A DNA stretch of 64,000 bases from Clostridia bacterium (GTDB lineage: Bacteria > Bacillota > Clostridia > TANB77 > CAG-465): assembly GCA_045652705.1 (NCBI GenBank), contig JAZRUV010000001.1, positions 12,268-76,267 on the forward strand, written 5' to 3'. Position numbers and translations under genes: made by a program. This document shows positions 56,095 through 64,000 of the stretch, in pieces (position 1 is the stretch's first letter; the number at the start of each line of letters is the position of its first letter). Below the pieces are notes generated by a model. The model ran no database searches. It was not told where the DNA came from and was given only the letters and a program-made list of their open reading frames with translations.

Positions 56095-57459
56095 TTACTT
56101 AAGCGTCAGAACCGCTACGCACTCCACGTGATGAGTCCACGGGAACATATCTACTAAGTCTATAGACCTAATCTCGTAATTTTCTGTACAAAGGAGGTTC
56201 AAGTCCCTAGCAAGAGTTGCCACATTACAGCTAACGTATCCTATCTTGTTTGGTTTTAATTTAAGTATTAATTCTATCCCTTCTAAATCTAAACCTTTTC
56301 TTGGAGGATCAACTACTATATAATCAAAAAATTTGCCTTCATTTACAAGTCTTAATGTTTCTTTAGTAGCATCTCCATTTACATTAATTATATTTGTTAT
56401 ATTATTAATTCTAGCATTTTCTTTTGCAGCTTCAGTTGCAGATTCTACTATTTCAACAGAATATACGTCCTTAACACCATCAGATAAGAATATTCCTATG
56501 CTACCAACTCCGCTATAAAGTTCTAACAAGTTTTTATCTTGCTCAAGTTCTAACTTTTCCTTAAGAACACTATATAACACTTCTGCTTGTATTGTATTTA
56601 CTTGAAAGAATGAATCGGCTGTTATTTTAAATGTATATTCACCTATTTTATCTGTTATATATTCCTTACCGTATATGCAAACATTGTCATTAGATAAAAT
56701 AACGTTTGTATTTTGTTCGTTTATATTTAGCACAAACGAGCAAATATCTTTGTATTCTTCTGTAATTTTTTCTATTACATTTTTCCATCTACTGTCATTT
56801 GTTAGCTTTTTATTATTTATTACAACAACACACATAATTTCATCTGTATGTGTACCACGTCTAACCATTATGTTGCGTATGTCTCCTGCACCACTTTTTT
56901 CATTATATCCTATAAATTTATTGTCATTTATTAGTTTGAATAAGTTATGCGCAACATCGTGTGTAATCTTATCTTGTATTAAGCACTCTTTGTTTTCTAC
57001 AATATCGTGAGTTGATTTTATAAACATACCCATAACCGTTTTTCCATTTACGCATCTTACAGGATATTGTAATTTGTTCCTATAATAATATGGCTTCCCC
57101 ATTCCATAAATACTACCAATTTTGCTTACATCTACATCCTGCTTGTTTAATGTATTTATAGCGTTTGCAAGTTTAATATCTAGTGTAGTATCATAGTCCA
57201 TGTGCCTTGCTGCACATCCCCCACAAAGTGAATATGATTTACAGTCTTCCTCTAATCTATTTTGAGATTTAGTTATATATTCTTTAACTTCACCTAATGC
57301 ATAAGATTTATTAACCTTAATTATTTTAGCATTAACCATTTCACCTTTTAACGTGCCCGGTATAAATACAGTGTGTCCATCCTCAGCTTTTGCAATACCT
57401 TCAAAATTTATTCCAACATCTATTATTTCAAATTTATATATCTTTCCTTTTTCTAACAT
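56095..57459 (-). CDS. 23S rRNA (uracil-C5)-methyltransferase, RumA/RlmD family
   Basis: N-terminal TRAM domain, a Cys cluster (C..CGGC), SAM motif ELYSGVGSIG, and catalytic VDPPRKG...SCN. Confidence 0.9.
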   Translation of the reverse strand: MLEKGKIYKFEIIDVGINFEGIAKAEDGHTVFIPGTLKGEMVNAKIIKVNKSYALGEVKEYITKSQNRLEEDCKSYSLCGGCAARHMDYDTTLDIKLANAINTLNKQDVDVSKIGSIYGMGKPYYYRNKLQYPVRCVNGKTVMGMFIKSTHDIVENKECLIQDKITHDVAHNLFKLINDNKFIGYNEKSGAGDIRNIMVRRGTHTDEIMCVVVINNKKLTNDSRWKNVIEKITEEYKDICSFVLNINEQNTNVILSNDNVCIYGKEYITDKIGEYTFKITADSFFQVNTIQAEVLYSVLKEKLELEQDKNLLELYSGVGSIGIFLSDGVKDVYSVEIVESATEAAKENARINNITNIINVNGDATKETLRLVNEGKFFDYIVVDPPRKGLDLEGIELILKLKPNKIGYVSCNVATLARDLNLLCTENYEIRSIDLVDMFPWTHHVECVAVLTLK

Positions 57460-57528
57460 AATTATCTCCTATTAACATAATAACAGAATATATATAATTT
57501 TTCAACATTTAGGATATTAAAGTTAAAA

Positions 57529-57556
57529 ATATCCGCGTGTAAAAACACGCGGATAT
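57529..57556 (-). terminator. Rho-independent terminator after the beta-CASP gene
   Basis: ATATCCGCGTG-TAAAAA-CACGCGGATAT, with a T run on the minus strand. Confidence 0.75.
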
Positions 57557-57566
57557 ATAATATGTG

Positions 57567-59075
57567 TTAAAAGTACTTTTCAATTCCATCAGAAGAAAGC
57601 TTAACTGTTCTTCCGTAAAGAAGTGCATGAGTTTGCTTGCAAAGGCCACTGTACCTTTTAGCATAGTTAACCTTAGAGTCGTTGACACCGTGGTTAAACA
57701 AAATTGCTTTTACATTCCAAAACTGTGCCAAGAATCCATCCATTTCCTCGGTAGGTACATGAGATGAATAATAACCAAACTGGTATCTCTTACATCTAAG
57801 TTTAATACTCTCGCCCATATAGTTAATCTCTGTACCACAAGGCAGCGCAATAATGTTCTGAACTTCGGGTGGAACATATGCAACAAAGATTAATGTGACA
57901 TTGGGGTCCTCAAGCATTTTTGCACCATAGTTTAAGAATGACCCTTGATAAAATCTTGGAGAAGTACAGATAATCATACGAGGACCATGTTCTGCAAAGA
58001 TTTGACCTCTAGATGTCTTATCCACAACACTAAAGTTGTTGGGAAGATAGCCATTACCATAGATATGCAAATACTTTTGCAGACACTTGACACCAAACGT
58101 AGAATCCAGGAAAATATTGAACTTTTTCATTTGTTCAGAAATTCTTGAATTCATCTGCATGGCTCTCAAATCAACGCCAACGCGCTCTGGTCTTTCCAAA
58201 GAGTTAGACATATACATTATTGTGCCTCTTTTATTTGCCACCTCACGAATAATGTCCATGTGTTTCTCTCTTTGTTTTTCATCATTGCGATGTGCTTCAG
58301 ATGAACCGTAAGTAGATTCACACACAATGTAAGAAATTTTATCTGCAACTTCCTTAGGAATTTCAGTCACTACATTAGTTACAGGATTCGTAAGACATAA
58401 ATCACCAGTAAACAGCAAATGCATTTCTTCTGTTTCGCTAAAAATTCTACATACCGTAAGAACAGCACCAGCAATATGAGCATTGGGATAGAAAGTAATT
58501 TCAAGACCAGGATACGGAGAGAAAGTATCATACAAATCTATTACCTCAGTATGGCTAATAATCTTTTCAATATGCTTTCTCTCGTAGAACAAACGAGGCA
58601 TCTCTGGGCCTTTTTCCTTTTTCTTAGATTCCCGTCTGGGTTTATCCCGTTTGCCACGCCCATGACCTCTTGTCTTCTCCAGCTTTTTAGCTTGTTTTTG
58701 TCTTATATACCGCTTAAACTGAGTTCTGTAATCATCTTCCAGCCGCTCATAGCTTTCTTCAAGCACTACGGGAAGAATCTCTGCTGTCTCATAAGAAGTA
58801 TATAACGGGCCATTAAAACCTTCTTTAGCTAATTTAGGGAACATACCAACATGGTCAGTATGAACATGAGTAGCAATTGCAAACGCAATATTTTCAGCCT
58901 TATACGGCAGTTTCTCTGCATTTCTATGGTTGTGTTCCTTTTCCTGGAACAGTCCACAGTCTACAACAAAGGCGATTTCCCGCCCATCTGGCCATTCGAC
59001 CTTGACGTGATTGTTGCTTCCTGTAACTTCTTCGGAAAAAGATGTTACAAACACTTTTAACCTGTCAGATAACAT
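57567..59075 (-). CDS. Beta-CASP family metallo-beta-lactamase nuclease with a Lys/Arg-rich insertion
   Basis: THVHTDH (HxHxDH), beta-CASP-like motifs LFTGDL, YYSSH and LFNHG, and the insert KQAKKLEKTRGHGRGKRDKPRRESKKKEKG. ATG 59075 (AAAGGAGAG upstream). G+C is about 40-50% in hand-counted stretches versus about 20-30% in neighbouring genes. Confidence 0.75.
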   Translation of the reverse strand: MLSDRLKVFVTSFSEEVTGSNNHVKVEWPDGREIAFVVDCGLFQEKEHNHRNAEKLPYKAENIAFAIATHVHTDHVGMFPKLAKEGFNGPLYTSYETAEILPVVLEESYERLEDDYRTQFKRYIRQKQAKKLEKTRGHGRGKRDKPRRESKKKEKGPEMPRLFYERKHIEKIISHTEVIDLYDTFSPYPGLEITFYPNAHIAGAVLTVCRIFSETEEMHLLFTGDLCLTNPVTNVVTEIPKEVADKISYIVCESTYGSSEAHRNDEKQREKHMDIIREVANKRGTIMYMSNSLERPERVGVDLRAMQMNSRISEQMKKFNIFLDSTFGVKCLQKYLHIYGNGYLPNNFSVVDKTSRGQIFAEHGPRMIICTSPRFYQGSFLNYGAKMLEDPNVTLIFVAYVPPEVQNIIALPCGTEINYMGESIKLRCKRYQFGYYSSHVPTEEMDGFLAQFWNVKAILFNHGVNDSKVNYAKRYSGLCKQTHALLYGRTVKLSSDGIEKYF

Positions 59076-59125
59076 ACACAAGTCTCTCCTTTAATTAAAT
59101 TTAAGCCTAGGGTTTTGCTACTAAT

Positions 59126-59154
59126 ATTCTATCATTCGACCGCACATATTTCAA
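59126..59154 (-). promoter_or_regulatory. Sigma-A type promoter for the beta-CASP gene
   Basis: Minus strand TTGAAA (59149-59154), 17-nt spacer, TAGAAT (59126-59131). Confidence 0.55.
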
Positions 59155-59177
59155 CATAATTTGACAATTTTCTTAAA

Positions 59178-59576
59178 TTAGATAGTTTCTAATTTATTTT
59201 TCAAATATTTTATGTATTCTTCAAAACTAACTTTACCTCTTAGTCCGCAACTTATTTCAATTGCCCTCTTCACTTCATTTAAAACTTTCTTATCTATTCT
59301 TCCAACCTTTTCTTTAAGTCTACTTTTGTCTAAAGTCCTAATTTGTTCTGCAAGTATAATAGAATCTTTTTCTAAGCCATATTTATTACCCTCTATCGCT
59401 ATATGCGTAGGCATACTTATTTTGGCTTTAGAAGTTATAGGGACACCTATTATTGTTGGACTAAATTTATTTCCTATATCATTTTGTATAATAAGGATAG
59501 GACGTACCCCAGACTGTTCACTACCAACAACCGGGCTTAAATCTGCATAATATATATCTCCTCTTTTTATATTCAT
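59178..59576 (-). CDS. mazF: MazF/EndoA (PemK family) toxin endoribonuclease with a short C-terminal extension
   Basis: Near-colinear with B. subtilis EndoA (KRGDIYYADLSPVVGSEQSGVRPILIIQNDIGNKFSPT...LAEQIRTLDKSRL). About 17 extra C-terminal residues. Confidence 0.9.
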   Translation of the reverse strand: MNIKRGDIYYADLSPVVGSEQSGVRPILIIQNDIGNKFSPTIIGVPITSKAKISMPTHIAIEGNKYGLEKDSIILAEQIRTLDKSRLKEKVGRIDKKVLNEVKRAIEISCGLRGKVSFEEYIKYLKNKLETI

Positions 59577-59584
59577 ATTCTCTC

Positions 59585-60256
59585 CTATGTGTCTGTATTT
59601 ACTTTATCTTCAAACACATTATATACTATGCTAATATATTCTTTTTGGTTTATATCTAAGATAATATAATTTTTAGGAATTCCATCTACTAATATTAATT
59701 TTAATGTTTTAATTCCCATTTCTTGAACTATCTTATTACAATTGCAACTACAATTGCAGTTCTCATTTAAAATAATAGTAATTATCATTTCGTTATCCTT
59801 AATATATTTCTGTCTTTCACATTTACAGCTGTCCGAATGATTATTATACATTTTTCCAAACGTGCTAAGTGATGCTATATTCTTATTACCTATCATATTA
59901 TTTATTGCTAATTTTGCAGTATTACCACTGTTTTGTATAGTACAATTGTTACCTTTTAATGTAATTATAACTTTATTTTTCACATAGTCTAAATATTCTA
60001 ATTTTGTATAATCCTCTTTATGCCACTCTTTTACTGCATATGTATTTATGTTTTTATTAGAAATTACTGTCATATCTGCCTGGACATAATATTCACTAAA
60101 GGATAAGTCTAACTCCCCCTTAAATATTTCGCCATTTTTTATTTTATCTATAATATTTAACATAGCAAAAATACTTATTATAAAAATTATAACTGCTAGC
60201 CCAAATACTAATAACGCCCATTTGCCTTTAGATTTTAAAGAAATATTTAAAAACAT
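59585..60256 (-). CDS. Membrane-anchored protein, possibly YdcC/LolA-like
   Basis: TM helix plus a beta-rich domain and a Cys-rich patch (CNCSCNCN). The functional guess rests on position (ydcC precedes the ndoAI-ndoA locus in B. subtilis). Confidence 0.45.
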   Translation of the reverse strand: MFLNISLKSKGKWALLVFGLAVIIFIISIFAMLNIIDKIKNGEIFKGELDLSFSEYYVQADMTVISNKNINTYAVKEWHKEDYTKLEYLDYVKNKVIITLKGNNCTIQNSGNTAKLAINNMIGNKNIASLSTFGKMYNNHSDSCKCERQKYIKDNEMIITIILNENCNCSCNCNKIVQEMGIKTLKLILVDGIPKNYIILDINQKEYISIVYNVFEDKVNTDT

Positions 60257-60313
60257 AATAAAAACCCCTAACTTACATAATATAATGTATGAGTTATGGG
60301 TTTGCTATTATAC

Positions 60314-61294
60314 TTATTTTAATGTATCAAAATACTCTTTTAATATTTTAAGAACGCCGTCTAATGTCGTTTCTTTATTTATAGCGTCTTTAGCCACAGA
60401 ACTGTTTTTAAGCCCTTTTAAATACCAAGCTATATGTTTTCTCATCTTAGGTATTGCAGTTTTTTCTGAGTCTCTTTTAACTGCCAAATCTAAATGTTCT
60501 AGTATAACGTTATATCTTTCTTGTATGTTTGGAATATATTCCTTACCTTGAAGTATCGTTTTAAATATCCACGGATTACCAAGCGCCGCTCTACCTATCA
60601 TAATACCATCAACTTTTGTATGTTCAAACATCCTTTTAGCACTATCTAAATCTACTATGTCTCCATTGCCGATTACGGGAATAGAAACTTGCTCTTTAAC
60701 TTTTCTTATTTCATCTATATCTGCCTTGCCTTGGTAATACTCATCTTTAGTTCTTCCGTGAATTGTAATCAAAGACACACCATATTTTTCACAAAGCTTA
60801 GCAACAGCTATTGCCGTCATATGATTCCTGTCATATCCAAGCCTAGTTTTAACTGTTACCGGCTTTTTAGCTACTGACATTATTTCTTTTAGGATTATTT
60901 CTACTTTATTTAAATCTTTTAAAAGTTCACTTCCATCACCGTTTTTTACAACTTTTGGTGCAGGGCATCCCATATTAAAGTCTATGATGTCTACGTCATC
61001 ACTTTCATTTAATTTTATTACAACTTTTTTTAAAACTTCAGGTTCACTACCAAATATTTGTACAACACGTGGAGATTCTCCTTCGTATCCATCCATAATC
61101 TTGTGTGTTTTATGGTCTTTGTACACAAGTCCTTTTGTGCTAACCATTTCCGTAGGAGTATATACTACTCCACCGTATTTATTACAAATATATCTAAATG
61201 GTACATCTGTAACCCCAGCCATAGGAGCTAGAAACACATTATTTTTAACGCGTACATCTCCTACATTAATCTCCCTAATATATTCTTTTAGCAA
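60314..61294 (-). CDS. dusB: tRNA-dihydrouridine synthase (DusB-like)
   Basis: LAPMAGVTD, DFNMGCP and HGRT motifs. 326 aa. Confidence 0.93.
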   Translation of the reverse strand: MLKEYIREINVGDVRVKNNVFLAPMAGVTDVPFRYICNKYGGVVYTPTEMVSTKGLVYKDHKTHKIMDGYEGESPRVVQIFGSEPEVLKKVVIKLNESDDVDIIDFNMGCPAPKVVKNGDGSELLKDLNKVEIILKEIMSVAKKPVTVKTRLGYDRNHMTAIAVAKLCEKYGVSLITIHGRTKDEYYQGKADIDEIRKVKEQVSIPVIGNGDIVDLDSAKRMFEHTKVDGIMIGRAALGNPWIFKTILQGKEYIPNIQERYNVILEHLDLAVKRDSEKTAIPKMRKHIAWYLKGLKNSSVAKDAINKETTLDGVLKILKEYFDTLK

Positions 61295-61349
61295 TTGTTC
61301 CTATCCCCCTTAACTATTATTTATTGTTTCGCTTATGTTTTCTATATAT

Positions 61350-62459
61350 CTATTTTATAAATAACGACTTTTGTCTTCTTGAGCTTACGCTTAACACTAA
61401 AGCCAGTGCTACAAAATTTGTAAGCATACTACTTCCACCATAGCTTACAAACGGAAGTGGTATTCCTGTAATTGGCATAATCCCTATCGTCATGCCAATG
61501 TTCTCTAAGAAATGGAAGAAAAACATTCCAAATACACCTATTGCTATAATTGACCCTAGCCTGTCCTTTGATGTTTCTGCTATTTTTAATATTCTAAGTA
61601 ACATTACTACATAAATTACTACAATTAATGCAGATAATACAAATCCTAGTTCTTCAGAAATTACAGAAAATATAAAATCTGAAGATTTAACCGGAAGATA
61701 TCCCCATTGAGTTTGTGTTCCTTTACCTAAGCCTGTCCCAAATAGCATTCCTGAACCTACCGCAATTTTAGACTGTATTGCATTGTATCCTGCTCCTAAA
61801 GGTTCTTGTTCAGGATTTAAGAACACTTGTATTCTTGCTTGTTGGTAGTCGCTTAACACAAAGAAATATAACAAAGGAACTGTTACAATTAACACTAGTA
61901 ATAACGCTAATATATATTTATAACTTAGACCAGATTTAAACAGCATAAAGAATGTTATACTTGCAAACACCAAAGCTGTACCAAAGTCTGGTTGAAGCAT
62001 TATTAGCATAACTGGCACTAAAAATATACATAGAGCAACACCAATATAGTACCATTTATTTATTGCATCTTTTCCCTTAGTATACACATAGTCTATATAT
62101 TTAGCCAAAAGTAAAATATATGCAAGCTTCATAAATTCTGATGGTTGTATTAAGACATTTCCTATATGAAACCAGCTGGATGCTCCATTTACCTCGGGCA
62201 TAAATAGGACTATGACAAGAAGTACCAAACATATAGGATAAGCTATAAGACCCACCACACTACTTATATGATAATCTAACATCCATACCACAAACATAGC
62301 CACTAATGATATGCCTATCCAAATCATTTGCTTTATATATTCTTGCTCAGAGCTTGTACTATTTAAGCCCGCGCTATAAATTCCCACTACACCAATTATA
62401 GCAAGAATTATAGCAAGGATTAATATTATATAGTCTGTATTTTTAAAAATACTCCTCAT
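61350..62459 (-). CDS. FtsW/RodA/SpoVE (SEDS) family peptidoglycan glycosyltransferase
   Basis: 10-TM protein with QPSEFMK, LQPDFGT, PVKSSDFIF and PLPFVSYGGSS motifs. Confidence 0.92.
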   Translation of the reverse strand: MRSIFKNTDYIILILAIILAIIGVVGIYSAGLNSTSSEQEYIKQMIWIGISLVAMFVVWMLDYHISSVVGLIAYPICLVLLVIVLFMPEVNGASSWFHIGNVLIQPSEFMKLAYILLLAKYIDYVYTKGKDAINKWYYIGVALCIFLVPVMLIMLQPDFGTALVFASITFFMLFKSGLSYKYILALLLVLIVTVPLLYFFVLSDYQQARIQVFLNPEQEPLGAGYNAIQSKIAVGSGMLFGTGLGKGTQTQWGYLPVKSSDFIFSVISEELGFVLSALIVVIYVVMLLRILKIAETSKDRLGSIIAIGVFGMFFFHFLENIGMTIGIMPITGIPLPFVSYGGSSMLTNFVALALVLSVSSRRQKSLFIK

Positions 62460-62526
62460 AAATCCCCCTTAAACTTTATATATTTAATATGTTGTTCATT
62501 AATCTATTAATAGTTATTGTTTTTAA

Positions 62527-63912
62527 CTAACTATTAAAGAAAGCTTTATACCCTTTATATGTCATATAAATATCTCCAATGCTTGCAAGTTCGTATGGAG
62601 AGTGCATAGAAAGTAGCGCTGTTCCGCAATCTACTACTTCTACCCCTTTATTTGCTAAGATGTAAGCGATAGTTCCACCGCCACCTTTTCCAATTTTACC
62701 TAATGTTCCCATTTGGTAAACAACATTTGCTTTATCTAATATTGTCATAACCTTATTCATAAATTTAGCACTTGCATCATTTGCAGAATATTTTCCACCA
62801 CTTCCTGTATATTTTTCAATAGATAATCCACAGCCTATTATGTTGCCATTTTGCACATCACTTAAATGCTCATGCATTGGATCTACTGCTGCAGATACAT
62901 CTGCTGAAAGCATACTAGAATTGTTAAATGTTTCAAGTAATATCTCTATATTCGCTTGTTCTCCTTTAAGTCTTAACATTTTGCTTATAAATAAATCAAA
63001 AGCATCTGAACTCATAGAAGTGTTTCCTTCGCTTCCTATTTCTTCTTTATCTACTATAACAGCAACTGCTGTTTTATCTAACACTTTACCGTCTTTTACA
63101 CTATTGATTAAAGCGGCAATGGTTGCATAAGCACATACTCTGTCATCATGGCCATAGCCTGCAACAAGGCCTTTATCTAAACCTACATATTTTGCATTAA
63201 AACTTGGTACAAATCTAATATCACTTCTTGCAAAGTCTATTTCGTTTATTCCGTACTTTCTATTTAATTCTTTTAATATTTTAGCTTTTATTTTAGATTC
63301 CTTTTCATCACTATCTGGAATAGAACCTACAACTACGTTTAAATTTTCAGGGTCTATAAACTCAGAAGCTTTTTTCTCTTGCTCTTCTCGCCCTAGGTGT
63401 GGTAAAAGGTCTGTTATAACAAAAGTAAAATCATCTGATGCTTCTCCTAATACAACATCAATTTGTTCGCCTTTAGAGTTGTATACTTTACCATACATTG
63501 CAAGAGGTATTGCAAGCCATTGGTATTTTTTAATTCCACCATAGTATTGTGTCTTCATTAAAGCTAAACCTTGTTTTTCAAATAAAGGCATAGGCTTAGT
63601 ATCTAAACGTGGACTGTCTATATGTGCACCTATTATATTTAAGCCTTGAGCTATATTTCCTTTACCAATAACTGCTGCAAAAAGCGAACGTTCTTTGTTT
63701 ATATAATATACTTTATCTCCAAGATTTAGGCCTTCCTTCTTAGCAAGATCTACAAAACCATTTTCTTCTAACTCACGTACAATATATTCAACACATTTGT
63801 ATTCTGTTTTTGCATAGTCTAAAAACTTAATATATTCATCTACATATTTATACATATTCTCTTGTTCATATTTGTTAGTTTGTTCAAAAACATTTTTCTT
63901 TTCATACTTCAT
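62527..63912 (-). CDS. M18-family aminopeptidase
   Basis: 461 aa. GAHIDSPRLD, GYGHDDR, EEIGS and LSMHSPYE motifs. Confidence 0.82.
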   Translation of the reverse strand: MKYEKKNVFEQTNKYEQENMYKYVDEYIKFLDYAKTEYKCVEYIVRELEENGFVDLAKKEGLNLGDKVYYINKERSLFAAVIGKGNIAQGLNIIGAHIDSPRLDTKPMPLFEKQGLALMKTQYYGGIKKYQWLAIPLAMYGKVYNSKGEQIDVVLGEASDDFTFVITDLLPHLGREEQEKKASEFIDPENLNVVVGSIPDSDEKESKIKAKILKELNRKYGINEIDFARSDIRFVPSFNAKYVGLDKGLVAGYGHDDRVCAYATIAALINSVKDGKVLDKTAVAVIVDKEEIGSEGNTSMSSDAFDLFISKMLRLKGEQANIEILLETFNNSSMLSADVSAAVDPMHEHLSDVQNGNIIGCGLSIEKYTGSGGKYSANDASAKFMNKVMTILDKANVVYQMGTLGKIGKGGGGTIAYILANKGVEVVDCGTALLSMHSPYELASIGDIYMTYKGYKAFFNS

Positions 63913-64000
63913 TTTATCACCTAATATATATTATTTTTTAAAGACATAAATATTATACCATAAAATGCTATTTTTTCAATGTTTTGAATATATTAAAAGA

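Noticed and set aside
1-64000. rRNA, tRNA, riboswitch or T-box elements
   Set aside because: Intergenic regions were scanned by eye. No cloverleaf-like GC-rich segments and no conserved leader motifs (for example a T-box upstream of lysS) were seen. A covariance-model scan (Infernal/tRNAscan) would be needed to be definitive.

Overview
Chromosomal segment of a very AT-rich, low-GC Firmicute (Clostridia-like; no finer call possible from sequence alone). About 90% of genes are on the minus strand. The backbone is housekeeping: clpP(3' end)-clpX, yebC, polA, hemW, a short whiA, prmC, rpmE, tsaD, lysS, greA, cdaA, pta, plsY, der, dusB and a rodA/ftsW-family gene. There is also a Wzx/Wzy-type polysaccharide locus with a pyruvyl transferase (26979-35394). 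Accessory or unusual elements sit between these. (1) A tyrosine recombinase directly abuts an about 830-bp segment bracketed by 25-bp perfect inverted repeats, a candidate invertible switch. (2) A type III toxin-antitoxin locus has a consensus promoter, three tandem 38-39-nt RNA repeats, a hairpin and a ToxN/AbiQ-like toxin. (3) A kinase/regulator module pairs a receiver with a Spo0A-type DNA-binding domain and a multi-TM AgrC/ComD-like kinase, with a strongly SD-preceded 13-codon ORF between them. (4) An IS3-family element with a -1 frameshift site is inserted into a terminator hairpin. (5) An intact mazF has no adjacent antitoxin gene. (6) Several visibly GC-richer insertions are present, including a beta-CASP metallo-beta-lactamase nuclease and a 4-gene operon with two paralogous small proteins. 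(7) A LysM YneA-like gene lies behind LexA (Cheo) boxes. (8) An XRE regulator is followed by two 23-codon hydrophobic ORFs. No rRNA, tRNA or CRISPR array was seen. All functional calls come from motif and family recognition by eye, and no database search was possible.
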